Assembly (NCBI GenBank): GCA_963675595.2
Contig: CAXXLZ010000001.1
Span: forward strand, 1,664,001-1,728,000
Reading direction: 5' to 3'
Origin: Thermodesulfobacteriota bacterium
Lineage (GTDB): Bacteria > Desulfobacterota > Desulfarculia > JACQYL01
Length of the DNA: 64,000 nucleotides
Shown here: in pieces, positions 30,718 through 41,800 of the stretch
Layout of the letters: the number at the start of each line of letters is the position of its first letter
Numbering within the stretch: the first letter of the stretch is position 1
Position numbers and translations under genes: made by a program
Notes under the pieces: generated by a model
What the model saw: the letters and a program-made list of their open reading frames with translations, nothing else
Databases searched by the model: none
What the model was told of the DNA's origin: nothing

Positions 30718-31992
30718 CTAATTGATGAGTCTCCAACCAAGCTGGCGACCGATAAGCTTGAACACATCGTCGATGTCATCTACGGAAGGGGCGTCGAAAT
30801 AATGATCATCCGTTCCGGGTCTTGAGGACGCGATGGCTTTCATCAAGGCCACATCCGTCCCGTCCGAGACGCCGAATCGGATAGCGAAGATTTCCACGTC
30901 CTCCGCTTTTGCTTGCGCAGCCTCGTCCAGCACGGCCTGATTGAGGCACCCGCCGTCCTCACAATGACAATCCGTGATACCGGCATTATAGTAGGCGTTG
31001 GTCCAATAGTTGTTGGGCGTGTAACCCACCGCGTAGGACCCGTAACAGGAACCGTCTTCGGTGTCTCCGTCGGTGAGCACGATCATGATTTTGTTGAAAT
31101 CCTCAGGCTGACCGCCCTGATCGAATGGAGCTTCCGGCGTGAGCACGTGGCGACCCCACTTGATCCCTTCCGAGATCACCGTACCGGACCAGGTTCCCGA
31201 AGCGGTCTGCGAACTGATGGCCGCCTTTATGGTGTCCTTATCGGTGCTCAAAGCCAACACCTGGGGAATGTCCGAACAGGTGTTGGAGGAGACACGAAGA
31301 GGAGACCAAGGGGGTTTCCGGTAGATGGGAAGCGTGTATTCCGGCCTCAGTCCCTCGTCCAGTGAGCCGTCGGCGTTCCTGCAACCTGCGGGCAGGCCGT
31401 CGACCCCAGGGCCGATTCTCACCTTGCCCACGAAGGGAACCAGTCCAGCCTTAACCGATGCCTCCGTTCCGTCGGGCATGATCAGATCAACCAATGCGGA
31501 CGCGGCCTGATTCACCGCGTTGATCGGTGAACCGGCCATACTTCCCGAGTTGTCCAACACAAAGACGATCTCCATGTTGTTGAAGCCAGCGCAGGCCGAA
31601 GCGTCGATGTACTTGGACTGGATGCCCAACGCTCCCATAAGCATCATATCCACCTCGACCTGAGCTTCCACACAGACACTTCTCACATCGGTTCCGGGCG
31701 AGACGCTCATGACCTCCGCGGTCGGGAGATTGTCCGCCACCATCTCGGTGGCCGCTGAGCTGACCAGCCCTTCAGTCATGTCCGGGTCATAGGGAAGCTG
31801 CAGGCTCCCCGCCAGGGCCGCCGCGTCCACTGCGGTCTGAAGCCTTGAATGCGCAAGGTAGATGTTGCCCATGTCAATGGCCAGGCCCGTCATGCCCAGG
31901 AGCACGGGCATGGCTACCGCAGCCGTAATCGCAACGGAACCCCTGGATCGTTGCCCGGCTCTTTTAGGGGATAGGCATCGTAGTGCTTGCAT
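30718..31992 (-). CDS. tadG: TadG-like pseudopilin with vWA domain
   Basis: RGSVAI, LAIDMG, LQTAVDAAALAG, VLDNSGSM MIDAS, VLTDG; start uncertain. Confidence 0.87.
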   Translation of the reverse strand: MQALRCLSPKRAGQRSRGSVAITAAVAMPVLLGMTGLAIDMGNIYLAHSRLQTAVDAAALAGSLQLPYDPDMTEGLVSSAATEMVADNLPTAEVMSVSPGTDVRSVCVEAQVEVDMMLMGALGIQSKYIDASACAGFNNMEIVFVLDNSGSMAGSPINAVNQAASALVDLIMPDGTEASVKAGLVPFVGKVRIGPGVDGLPAGCRNADGSLDEGLRPEYTLPIYRKPPWSPLRVSSNTCSDIPQVLALSTDKDTIKAAISSQTASGTWSGTVISEGIKWGRHVLTPEAPFDQGGQPEDFNKIMIVLTDGDTEDGSCYGSYAVGYTPNNYWTNAYYNAGITDCHCEDGGCLNQAVLDEAAQAKAEDVEIFAIRFGVSDGTDVALMKAIASSRPGTDDHYFDAPSVDDIDDVFKLIGRQLGWRLIN

Positions 31993-32347
31993 GGAACACC
32001 GCACCATCCGCGAAAATCGCTTCCCAAAATGAGCTAGTGACGAAATATGGTTCGTATTCATAGTCCACCTGCACTGTTACATTTTTGGCTACTTGATCCG
32101 TGTTTACCGTGGTGACTATGGAGGTTTCGGGCAGGTGCGCCGTCAACTTCTCCATCAACGTTTGGACGTCGGCCAGCTGGCCCTCACGCTGTACCAAACG
32201 GGCTCCTTCCCGCGTGGCTTCGAAGAGCGTAAAGTAGGTCTTGAGCATGTTCGACCCTTCGAATACCAGGAACAGCATGGGCACAAGAATGCTCAGGATC
32301 AGTCCGAACTCGACGACCATCGACCCTTTTTGTTTCCGGTTACCCAT
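31964..32347 (-). CDS. tadE: TadE family pseudopilin
   Basis: KG-SMVVEF motif, ATREGAR. Confidence 0.85.
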   Translation of the reverse strand: MGNRKQKGSMVVEFGLILSILVPMLFLVFEGSNMLKTYFTLFEATREGARLVQREGQLADVQTLMEKLTAHLPETSIVTTVNTDQVAKNVTVQVDYEYEPYFVTSSFWEAIFADGAVFHASTTMPIP

Positions 32348-32497
32348 TTTCCCTCTCCCAAGAAACGATCGTTTCCAACTGTGCGGCGACTCTCCATTCC
32401 CCCAGTGAACCCCCAAGCCGCCAACCGACTGCAACCGCCGGCCTTCACTGCAGGTTATCTTTTCCGGTTAACCAATGGACGCGCCCTACCGGCCGTT

Positions 32498-32818
32498 TCA
32501 CTTGTCTTCTTTCTGAAGGCTGGTGAGACCGATCTTCTTGCTGCTCTTACTCTTCTGGCCACTCTTATCCTCAATGATCCGGAACTTGGACACGACCCCT
32601 TCGGCGTATTCACCGTCCAAGCCTTCCACCGGGACCGGAGGCGTGGGTTCAGGGTTAAGCTTTTGATTTTCCAATGCCATTCTGACGGAACCTCCCAACA
32701 CGGGCTGCGGAGGATCCCTGAGAGGATCCTCGAGTATTCCACATGAACTCACCGTGATGGAGAGCATCAGCACCAAGATCGCCGGTCCCACCCATGTCAT
32801 CCGCCTGGAATTTTTCAT
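32498..32818 (-). CDS. Small Tad-associated lipoprotein
   Basis: Lipobox VSSC; GGSVRMALENQKLNP...GLDG; lies between secretin and tadE. Confidence 0.72.
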   Translation of the reverse strand: MKNSRRMTWVGPAILVLMLSITVSSCGILEDPLRDPPQPVLGGSVRMALENQKLNPEPTPPVPVEGLDGEYAEGVVSKFRIIEDKSGQKSKSSKKIGLTSLQKEDK

Positions 32819-32849
32819 ATCGTGCTCCGCTTTTCGGATAATGCATCAA

Positions 32850-34343
32850 TCATTTGGGATAGGAGTGGCCGAAACTGCCGTCGAAGCCAAACCCTGCGGT
32901 CCCCGTTCCGGATGCCGGCTCACGAGAACTCGTATCGACCGACGGAGCAGGTTCCTCTTCCTCTTTCGCCGCAGCCTCTTTCGAGCGATACATCGTCCTG
33001 GGGTACGTATCCGTTGCGGTGAACTGATCCGTGGGCAAGGTCTGCTTGGCTACGTTCAGAGGTTTTGCCAAGTGAGGAGTCACAATGATGATCAGTTCCG
33101 TCTCGTTTTTCTGAAAGGAAGAGCTGCGAAACAGCTTACCCAGAATGGGGATGTCTCCCAGGATGGGGAACTTCTGGATGTCTTCCTTCACGCTTTCCTT
33201 GAGCAGCCCCGCAATGGCGAAGCTCTGACCGCTGTCCAGCTCCACCGTGGTGCTCGCCCGTCGACTTGTAATGGCCGGAATCGTAACGCTGCTGATCAAG
33301 ACCGCATTGGAAAAGTCCAGTTCGGACACTTCCGGGGTCACCTGCATATGGATACGATTGCCACCCAGCACGGACGGAGTGAACTTCAAACCGACGCCGA
33401 AGGCCTTCCATTCGATGCCCACCGTGCCCAAGCCCTGGGGCACGGGCACGGGAATCTCGCCACCCGCCAGGAAGCTTGCGGTCTGACCGCTGAGACAAAT
33501 CAGATTGGGCTCCGCGAGAATCTTCACCAAGCCGTCCGTCTTCAAGGCGTCGAGAAAACCGGTGAATTCACTGGAGTCCCCGCCCAGCGAGAAAAGTCCG
33601 GTTACATCGTTTGAGAACCTGAGGATCCCATCTTCATCCAAGAAGGAAAGACCGTTGAGAAACGAATAGAAGATGTCCCCACCATTCACGTACCGGAAAT
33701 TAAACCCCAGTCGATCCACCAGACTCCTGGCCACTTCCGCAATCTTTACTTCGAGCATTACCTGATGGACGCCGCCGACCTGCATCAAGTTGAGGACCTT
33801 GCCGGCCGAATACGCCTGAGCCAAGGACAGTGCCGTGGACATGTTGACCGCGGACGAGACGGGACCCGCCAGAGTGATGGAATCCTTCGACGGAAGCACT
33901 TTGATGCCGCTTTCGTCGGGCATCACATTATGTATGATCGCCTTGAGTTGCGTCAGATCGGCGTTCACTTCGAGGTTGAAGACGCGCATGATCTCTTTGT
34001 CGGAACTCCACAGAGTCAGATTCGTAACTCCCGGGGCTTTTCCGGTGAGATAGACCTGTCGAGGCGAGAGCAACAACATGTCCGCGAAGTCGGGAGACGC
34101 CATGGAAACCCGGTGGATGGGGCGTTCGCTCTTCAAGATGATCGACTTGCCCATGGTCACCTGAACCGTCTCCGGGAGCTCTACCTGATCCACATAGACG
34201 GAAGAAGCCGGTGCCGCTCCGCAAAGGAGTATAAGGAGAAGAAACGCTCCGCACAGATGAAGGCCGATACGGGTCAGCGCCGGTACTCTCTTTTGTCCAA
34301 GTCTGTTCACTGTTGATCGAACCCGGCCGTTCATGTCGTTCAC
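32850..34343 (-). CDS. cpaC: Secretin RcpA/CpaC
   Basis: QVMLEVKIAEV, LAEPNL, FLAGGEIPVP, PILGDIPILGKLFRS, ETELIIIVTP. Confidence 0.95.
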   Translation of the reverse strand: MNDMNGRVRSTVNRLGQKRVPALTRIGLHLCGAFLLLILLCGAAPASSVYVDQVELPETVQVTMGKSIILKSERPIHRVSMASPDFADMLLLSPRQVYLTGKAPGVTNLTLWSSDKEIMRVFNLEVNADLTQLKAIIHNVMPDESGIKVLPSKDSITLAGPVSSAVNMSTALSLAQAYSAGKVLNLMQVGGVHQVMLEVKIAEVARSLVDRLGFNFRYVNGGDIFYSFLNGLSFLDEDGILRFSNDVTGLFSLGGDSSEFTGFLDALKTDGLVKILAEPNLICLSGQTASFLAGGEIPVPVPQGLGTVGIEWKAFGVGLKFTPSVLGGNRIHMQVTPEVSELDFSNAVLISSVTIPAITSRRASTTVELDSGQSFAIAGLLKESVKEDIQKFPILGDIPILGKLFRSSSFQKNETELIIIVTPHLAKPLNVAKQTLPTDQFTATDTYPRTMYRSKEAAAKEEEEPAPSVDTSSREPASGTGTAGFGFDGSFGHSYPK

Positions 34344-34367
34344 TCCTGTTGGCTTGTGCCTTTTCGG

Positions 34368-35219
34368 TCAGAAGGTGACCGTGCTCATTTCATTTCCGGT
34401 TATCATCTGAACCGATATGACCCGCCGGGGCGCCTTGGCGGTACCGCTCGCCGCGCGCACTCCCGGAATGTAAGGGCGGAAAGAGGAAAGGCTGCCCTCA
34501 ATGGTGGCCCCGCTCGTTAGGACCATATCCTCGTCCTCGCCGTTTCTCAGGGCGAAATGCAGCGTTCCCAACGTGGCCGCCAATCCCAGCTTCTCACACT
34601 CTTCCGGACTCATTTCCAGGGTAAACGTGTCCACCGGAGAAAGTTCCTGCCCGTCGGCCGAGGCTTCCAGCTCCGTTCCCGTACCTAATACGAGCACGTT
34701 CTGGAGCACCACCTTGGTGAACGGTTCCTGTTTCTGGTCCGTTTGATAGCTTTGAGGCTGCATCGTGACCAGGACATCCACGTGGTGGCCGGGTCGAATG
34801 TGCCCGGCGAGCCCCAGCACTTTGGTGCCCTTTACCGCCACCGCTCGCTTCCCCTTGGAGATCAAGGCGCTCATGCCGCCCGCGGTCACATCCATCGAAG
34901 CCAAACGGGATTCCGTAATGGGTTCGTTCTTGCCGATATGGGCGATGAGCACACGGCCTTCCACAGTCGCCAAGTCGGGATAGTGATGTTCCGGAACGCT
35001 CTCTTTGAGATAATCGACCACCTTAACCATGCCTTCGCCAAGCTTGGTTCCGATGGTCAAATCCGCCGTGGCCACGGCCACGGGAACGGTTTCCGGTTCC
35101 ACCACCTTCACCACTTGAGCCACACTACGGCTGCTCATCCAATAATAAATGAGCGTTCCGGCGCATACGGCCAAAATGAACGCTACTCCCAATTGCATGA
35201 ACGCTTTGGACTTGTTCAT
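34368..35219 (-). CDS. cpaB: Flp pilus assembly protein CpaB/RcpC
   Basis: N-terminal TM, SAF domain, GKRAVAV, PGHHVDVL, LALR-like LHFALRN. Confidence 0.92.
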   Translation of the reverse strand: MNKSKAFMQLGVAFILAVCAGTLIYYWMSSRSVAQVVKVVEPETVPVAVATADLTIGTKLGEGMVKVVDYLKESVPEHHYPDLATVEGRVLIAHIGKNEPITESRLASMDVTAGGMSALISKGKRAVAVKGTKVLGLAGHIRPGHHVDVLVTMQPQSYQTDQKQEPFTKVVLQNVLVLGTGTELEASADGQELSPVDTFTLEMSPEECEKLGLAATLGTLHFALRNGEDEDMVLTSGATIEGSLSSFRPYIPGVRAASGTAKAPRRVISVQMITGNEMSTVTF

Positions 35220-35234
35220 GATGCAACCTCTCCG

Positions 35235-35780
35235 TCAGAGCCCGAAAACGCCCTTCGGCGCCAAATAGTTCAGACCCATGGCCGCCGCAGCCCCAAATGC
35301 GATGGCTAAGCCGTAGCAGAGCCTGGGTAGGCGACTATCCGGGTCCGGAGCCTCATACTGGAACTTGCGTGTCGCCATGTAAGCCATAACCGCGGCCCAA
35401 AAAGCGGACATGATTCGGCGGACCGTACTCCAATGAGGCACCAGCATAATGAGCGCATAGAGCCCGCCGAAAAGACTGGTGAACACAAAGGCCACCAGAA
35501 CCCCCGTAGGCCCCAGAGCCGACCCCACCACCGCCATGAGCTTCACATCGCCGGCGCCCATGAGACCCATCAAATGAGGTACGATCATCACACCCAGACC
35601 CAGGGCAAGGCCGCCCAAACCAAACAGCAGACCGTCCATGCCCTGGGTCAGACCGTGATAACCAATCCCCACAATCATGGCGGGAAAGGTAATCAGGTTC
35701 GGAATCCGTTGTTTGCGAACATCGGTGATCGCGGCGACGGTCAATACGATGCTCAGAAAGATGACTACGAACGGATCCAT
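35235..35780 (-). CDS. cpaA: Prepilin peptidase CpaA/TadV (A24)
   Basis: TDVRKQRIPN, MGAGDVKL, LCYGLAI. Confidence 0.92.
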   Translation of the reverse strand: MDPFVVIFLSIVLTVAAITDVRKQRIPNLITFPAMIVGIGYHGLTQGMDGLLFGLGGLALGLGVMIVPHLMGLMGAGDVKLMAVVGSALGPTGVLVAFVFTSLFGGLYALIMLVPHWSTVRRIMSAFWAAVMAYMATRKFQYEAPDPDSRLPRLCYGLAIAFGAAAAMGLNYLAPKGVFGL

Positions 35781-35984
35781 TCCTTGCTCCCAACCTTTCG
35801 TCAAAATACCTTTTTTCTCTTCCTTTACATGCCTGGGCGGAACCCGAAGCCCTTTGAGACTCCTGCCGGTTCCGCCCGTCCATCGATTCTGCTTTCAGCC
35901 GTGAGCCTGTGCGAACTCGATTCTTCCCTTCGTGACCGGAGGAGGCGACGATCGCGCCCCCTCTTGTCCTTTTCAGACCACGAC

Positions 35985-36149
35985 CTAAGGCAGAGCGGTG
36001 TCGATGGTGGTAAACGTACCCTGCAGCTTGGTTCCGATGCTCGTCACCGCCGTAATGATCACCGCGGCGATAAGGGCCGCCAGCATACCGTATTCAATGG
36101 CCGACGCGCCTTCTTCGTTCTTCAGAAAATTCATGATCATCTTTTTCAT
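35985..36149 (-). CDS. flp: Flp pilin, copy 3
   Basis: EEG-ASAIEY Flp motif; 54 aa; ggagggg RBS. Confidence 0.95.
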   Translation of the reverse strand: MKKMIMNFLKNEEGASAIEYGMLAALIAAVIITAVTSIGTKLQGTFTTIDTALP

Positions 36150-36325
36150 GGTTCCCCTCCCTCGGGCGTTGGACTTTTCAAATTCGTAATTCGTATTTCG
36201 GGTGGGCTTACCGCCCCTTGCTTCCCGCATTCGATCGTCGCTTGAGGCCGCTCCGAGATCGGCTCTCCCGTTTCGGGAGCGCCTCTCTCATCGCCTACGC
36301 CTTACTGCATCGCTTCAAATTACGA

Positions 36326-36490
36326 CTAGGGCAGAGCAGTATCGATGGTGGTGAACGTACCCTGCAGCTTGGTTCCGATGCTCGTCACCGCCGTAATGAT
36401 CACCGCGGCGATAAGGGCCGCCAGCATGCCGTATTCGATGGCCGATGCGCCTTCTTCGTTCTTCAGAAAATTCATGATCATCTTTTTCAT
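36326..36490 (-). CDS. flp: Flp pilin, copy 2
   Basis: Protein identical to copy 3. Confidence 0.95.
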   Translation of the reverse strand: MKKMIMNFLKNEEGASAIEYGMLAALIAAVIITAVTSIGTKLQGTFTTIDTALP

Positions 36491-36672
36491 GGTTCCCCTC
36501 CCTCGGGCGTTGGATTTTATCTTTCGGTATTCCGTGTCTTTTTCGATGATGGACTTCTTCCCCGTTACTCCCCGCATTCGATCGTCGTCGGAGGCCGTTC
36601 CGAGATCGGCTCTCCCGTTCGGGAAGCGCCTCTCTCATCGTTTACGCCTCATTGCATCCTTTCAGATTACGA

Positions 36673-36837
36673 CTAGGGCAGAGCAGTATCGATGGTGGTG
36701 AACGTACCCTGCAGCTTGGTTCCGATGCTCGTCACCGCCGTAATGATAACCGCCGCAATCAGGGCCGCCAGCATGCCGTATTCGATGGCCGAGGCGCCTT
36801 CTTCGTTCTTCAGCAAATTCATAATCTTCGATCTCAT
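36673..36837 (-). CDS. flp: Flp pilin, copy 1
   Basis: Same mature pilin, different leader (MRSKIMNLLKNEEG); ggagga RBS. Confidence 0.95.
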   Translation of the reverse strand: MRSKIMNLLKNEEGASAIEYGMLAALIAAVIITAVTSIGTKLQGTFTTIDTALP

Positions 36838-36883
36838 GGTATCCTCCGTTGAGTTTATTTTCCGTGTCGTTGCCTTCCTTAAA

Positions 36884-36900
36884 AGCAATAGGCATGCCGG
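36884..36900 (-). promoter_or_regulatory. sigma54 promoter of the flp-tad operon
   Basis: Minus strand CCGGCATGCCTATTGCT = GG-N10-GC, about 47 bp upstream of flp1. Confidence 0.78.
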
Positions 36901-37235
36901 CATTGAGGGAATCGGGAGGTTCATCGATAAACGCCCACGTTCAAGCGCTTCCCGAGAAGAAAAAAATCGGTTGGACGAATCTCACAGAAAAGCGAAGCGG
37001 AAAAGGGATCCATGAACGATAGATCTGTATTTGAACTCAGCTACTTTGCATTACAAGGAATGGGGCGGGGTCCTTCCGGTAGAACAGCCCATCGTTGCGC
37101 TCAACCTACTGGAATTACTAAATATACTTGGAGTTCGACGTACCAAGGCAGACCTCGAGATGCCAATCGACCTGGAAATCCACAGGCATTAGATCCCTTT
37201 CAGGCGACTTTTCTCGAGATCTATCAAGAATGGAT

Positions 37236-38633
37236 TCAGTGATCGGCTCGCTGTTCGCGATGGCAGGAGGAAGGGTCGATGTGATGTTTCTGAATCTTGT
37301 TCCAGAGGTTCTTGGGACTGATGCCCAGGAGTTTGGCGGCTTCGATCTGAACCCCGTTGGCGCGCTGCAGCGCGTTCAAAATGAGGCTTTTCTCCATTTC
37401 CTGAAGCTGCTCTCGCAGCGACAACGTCGGTGAAGGTTCGGAATCGGGTAGTTGAATCGGACCGCGTTGCAGGGCAAGTTCGATATCCCTGGTCGTCATT
37501 ACGTTGCTCTTGCAAAAAATTGAAGCACGTTCGAGGATATTCCTCAATTGTCTTACATTTCCCGGCCAATCATGCCGAAATAAGGCTTCCATGGCGTCAC
37601 TCGAAACCGTGGCGATATCCGTACCCGTCTTAAGGTTGATTCCTCGGACGAAGTGATCCACCAGGAGAGGGAGATCCTCTTTTCGTTCCCTGAGCGGAGG
37701 GATGTGAATCGTGGCGACATTGAGACGATAATAGAGGTCTTCACGAAATTTCTTTTCCTGGATCAGGCCTGCGAGGTCCTGATTCGTAGCCGCGATGATT
37801 TTAACATCATAGGTAATCGGCTTGGAGCCGCCGATTCGTTCCACTTGCTTCTGCTCCACGGCGCGAAGCAGTTTCGGCTGAAGGTGCAGAGGCATGTCGC
37901 CGATTTCATCCAGCAGAATTGTTCCGTGTTCCGCCAGCTCGAATTTTCCTTTCTTACCCGCGCTGGCCCCGGTAAACGCCCCTTTTTCATGGCCGAACAA
38001 CTCACTTTCCAGAAGCGTCTCGGGAAGCGCGGCACAGTTGATCTTAATGAAAGGTCCCTTGGCTCTAGGGCTCAGAGCGTGGATCGTGTCCGCCACGATT
38101 TCCTTCCCCGTGCCTGATTCCCCGGTGATCAGCACGTTGGTTTCCAACCGCGCCACCCTCTCCACCACGGCTTTAAGGCGCTTCATGCATTCGCTCTGGC
38201 CCACGATCATCTTGGACGGGCTCTCGCGCTGCATGCTTTCCTGTAACGCCTTGATCTGACTTTGCAGACGACGCTTCTCCAGAGCCCGTCTGATGACGAT
38301 TTCCATCTCGCCCAGACTGAACGGCTTGGGGAAGAAATCGTACGCTCCACGCCGTATGGCTTCCAACGCGGAATCCTTGGCCGAGAACGCCGTCATCACG
38401 ATAATGTCCACACGTGGATCTGCTTCGAGCAGCTTCGGGATGGCCTCAATGCCCGACATTCCGGGCAGCATCACGTCCAAAAGCATGACCCCGAAGGATT
38501 TAATCCGCAGAAGAGGTATCGCCTCCTCGGCCGAGGAAGCGTGATCCACCTCGTAGCCCTTCTCGGAGATCGCTTCGCAGAGCATCCTACGGAAAGAATC
38601 GTCGTCATCCACTACCAGTATTCTTTCCGGCAT
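37236..38633 (-). CDS. sigma54-dependent response regulator (NtrC/AtoC family)
   Basis: REC (VVDDD, LDVMLP), GESGTGKE, GAFTGA, DLYYRLNV, WPGNVRQL, Fis-type HTH. Confidence 0.95.
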   Translation of the reverse strand: MPERILVVDDDDSFRRMLCEAISEKGYEVDHASSAEEAIPLLRIKSFGVMLLDVMLPGMSGIEAIPKLLEADPRVDIIVMTAFSAKDSALEAIRRGAYDFFPKPFSLGEMEIVIRRALEKRRLQSQIKALQESMQRESPSKMIVGQSECMKRLKAVVERVARLETNVLITGESGTGKEIVADTIHALSPRAKGPFIKINCAALPETLLESELFGHEKGAFTGASAGKKGKFELAEHGTILLDEIGDMPLHLQPKLLRAVEQKQVERIGGSKPITYDVKIIAATNQDLAGLIQEKKFREDLYYRLNVATIHIPPLRERKEDLPLLVDHFVRGINLKTGTDIATVSSDAMEALFRHDWPGNVRQLRNILERASIFCKSNVMTTRDIELALQRGPIQLPDSEPSPTLSLREQLQEMEKSLILNALQRANGVQIEAAKLLGISPKNLWNKIQKHHIDPSSCHREQRADH

Positions 38634-38893
38634 TTCTTTACTTTCCGGCTTTTGCGCCGCATGGCAACGGCTTCGGCAAGAGGATCCTCGGAGGGTAAAC
38701 CCGGCTGAGATCCCGCACTGGTTTCCCTGACTGTCTGTTGGGATTGGCCCGCTTCTTGTAGGTAACTACTCAAACAAATGAAGCCTTGAGTGTCAAGACC
38801 TTTGGGGCGAAGCCCAGAGGATCCGCGCCGGATTTATGTTTATCCTGACGGCGGGTCCGCCCCGTTTACACACATTCGAAGGAGAAGTGGTCC

Positions 38894-41800
38894 ATGCCCC
38901 CAAGAAACGATACCATTAATTATAAGCAGCGCGACAAAACGGCGGCGCCGATCGGAGAGAAATCCCGGACACCTTTCTTATCGACGATCTTGGGCGTCAT
39001 CCTCCTGGTTTCAGGAGCCGGACCTTTCACGAGTGCGGCGGCCGCGTCTCACCCCGAGTCGTTCGCAGCGCGGATACAACATCAGAAGGTGATTCCAGCC
39101 GAGAGTCCAAAAAGCCCGTTGCGTTTCGCCGGTCTCGGGGATAATGGCCGCCCGTCGGTCAATAAACCCGAGGCACAAGACCTGCCGGAGGGTCTTCGCG
39201 AGCGTATCCGTGAGGAAATCGCACAGACACAATTCACGGCGCGCTCCTTGGGAGCCCCGGCCTCCGGACCCGACGGTCCCGCATACGAAATGGTTAATCG
39301 TCCCAACAACGTTCGGATCATCTTCACCCGGGAAGGTCTGCGCCTGGAAACCCCGGAAGCCCCTGCGAACGCCGGCCACATCGACATCGCCTTGGATTCT
39401 TGGGGCCGAATCGGCTCGGAAGCGACCGCCTCCCCAACCCAGCCCATCGGAAGGGGTGCCCGTGTGGATTACCGCCGTGGAGTGCTCACCGAATGGTATA
39501 TCAACGAAAAGCGTGGAGTGGAACAGGGGGTGACTTTGTCCGCACCGCCTGAAGGGCAAGGCTCCGGAGACATCAGACTCCGATGGCGCGTGAGCGGCTC
39601 GCAGGGATCCCTCATGAGGCAAGACGACCAAGCCCTCGTCTTCCTGGACCCGGATGGCCGCGTACGGCTCCGGTATACCGGACTCACCGCTTGGGACGCC
39701 TCCGGAAAAACGCTCCCCGTGGAAATGCGCCTCGCCGATTCCTCGGCCTCCGCCGGCCACGAACAGATCATCGTGCTCGAGGTGGATGATCGTGGTGCGG
39801 CGTATCCGATTACCATCGACCCTTTCTTTACTCAATTGCAGAAGATTTCGGCGAGTGATGCGGCACTGGACAACGAGTTCGGTTACGCCACGGCCATGAG
39901 CGGGGATCTGGCCGTGGTAGGCGCACCCGGTAACAACAGTGGAGCCGGCGCTGCGTATATCTTTGAGCGAAACCAGGGTGGAAAGGACTCTTGGGGTCAA
40001 GTTACCAAAATCACCGCTTCCGACGGGGCCGGCGGGGACGGCTTCGGCACCTCCGTGGCCGTCAGCGGACACACCGTCGTGGTGGGTGCTCCCGATGACG
40101 ACGGCATGGGCTCCGCTTATGTGTTCGAACGAAATTCGGGCGGAAGCGATACTTGGGGGCAGGTTTCCAAGATCACCGCTTCCGACGGAGCAACCGGCGA
40201 TGAGTTCGGCGCCTCTGTGGCCGTCAGCGGGGATACGGTCGTGGTGGGCGCTCCCAGCGACGAGTCGAATACGGGCGCGGCCTATATCTTCGAACGTAAT
40301 GAGAATGGTCAGGACTCCTGGGGTCAGATAACCAAAATCACCGCTTCCGACGGAGCCGGCGGAGACAACTTCGGCACCTCCGTGGCGATCAGCATTGACA
40401 GCGTGGTTGCGGGAAGCCCCGGCGACGACGACGGAGGCGAAAGCTCCGGTTCCATGTATGTGTTTGCCCGTAATCAGGGTGGAGCGGACAGCTGGGGTCA
40501 GGTTCGAAAGATGGTGGCGGACGACGATGCCGCCGGAGATGCCTTGGGAACATCCGTTGTGATCAAAGGAGATGTGGCCGCCGCGGGAGCTCCGGGCAGT
40601 AACTCGGCAACCGGTTCCGCATACGTTTTCTATCGTAACCAGGGCGGAGTGGACAACTGGGGTCAGGTGAGGCAACTCCTCGCCCTCGACGGCGAAACGG
40701 GAGATGAGTTCGGTCATTCCTTGGGGTTCAACGGGGACTGGATTGTGGTAGGCGCTTACTTGGAAGACGACGTAGCCTCCGGCGCCGGATCCATCTATGT
40801 TTTCGATAGAAACCAGGGAGGAGCCGACAATTGGGGTCAGATGATTAAGATTCAGGCCGGCGACGCCGCCATGGACGATCAATTCGGTTTCTCGGTTGCC
40901 ATTGGAGGTGACACCTTGATTTCCGGCGCCAACCTCAACGACGACGGTTATTCCGCTTCCGGTTCGGCTTATCTGTTCGGGATCCCGGCCCTCACCGCGG
41001 GCAACTGGGGGGAAGTGAGACGTACCGTGTCTCAGTCGCCCGGAGACGATGAATATCTCGGTTCTTCGGTGGCCATCAGCGGGGATTTGGCGGTTGTGGG
41101 AGCCTACTTGGACGGAGATCAGGGAACCGATGCCGGAGCGGCCTACATCCTGGAAAGGAACCAAGGGGGCATCGACCAGTGGGACTTGGTCATGAAGATT
41201 AGCGGTTCCGATACCACGGGTGGAGACTGGTTCGGAACCAGCGTGGACATCCACGGAGACGTTGTGGTGATCGGATCGCCGAATCACAATACTTACGCCG
41301 GAGCTGCGTACGTATTCTACCGGAACCAGGGAGGAGCGGATAACTGGGGGCAGGTGGCCAAGTTGTCTCCCGGTGATTTGCAGGTGGGCGACGCATTCGG
41401 CGTTTCCGTGACCGTTTCGGGCGACGTCATCGTGGTTGGAACACCGTCCGACAATGACGACGTCGATGATCAGATTACGGATGTGGGCTCAGCCTATATT
41501 TTCTATCGCAATCAGGATGGAGCGGACAACTGGGGTCTGTTGAAGAAGATTCATTCGGGAGATTCGGATCAGGACGACAATTTCGGCAATGCGGTATCCT
41601 TGAGCGGCGACACCTTGGCGGTGGGTGCCTGGGGAGATGATGCCGTTGCGGTGGATGCGGGAGCGGCCTACGTTTTTCGTCGCAATGAGGGCGGCGCCGA
41701 TAACTGGGGGCAGGCGGCCAAACTGACCGCCGCCGATGCCGCCACACAGGATTATTTCAGTTCCACCGCGGTCAGTGTGAGCAACGACACCATCGTGGTC

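Larger units (their letters stand above)
35985..36837. repeat. Tandem triplication of about 345-bp pilin-plus-spacer unit
   Basis: Pilin stops 341 and 347 bp apart; the two spacers are homologous. Confidence 0.9.

Noticed and set aside
35985-36837. CRISPR-like repeat-spacer array
   Set aside because: Repeats are whole pilin genes, the variable segments are still alignable, and no cas genes are present
39011-41287. 758-aa antisense ORF
   Set aside because: Shadow of the repetitive GC-rich FG-GAP gene; no recognisable motifs
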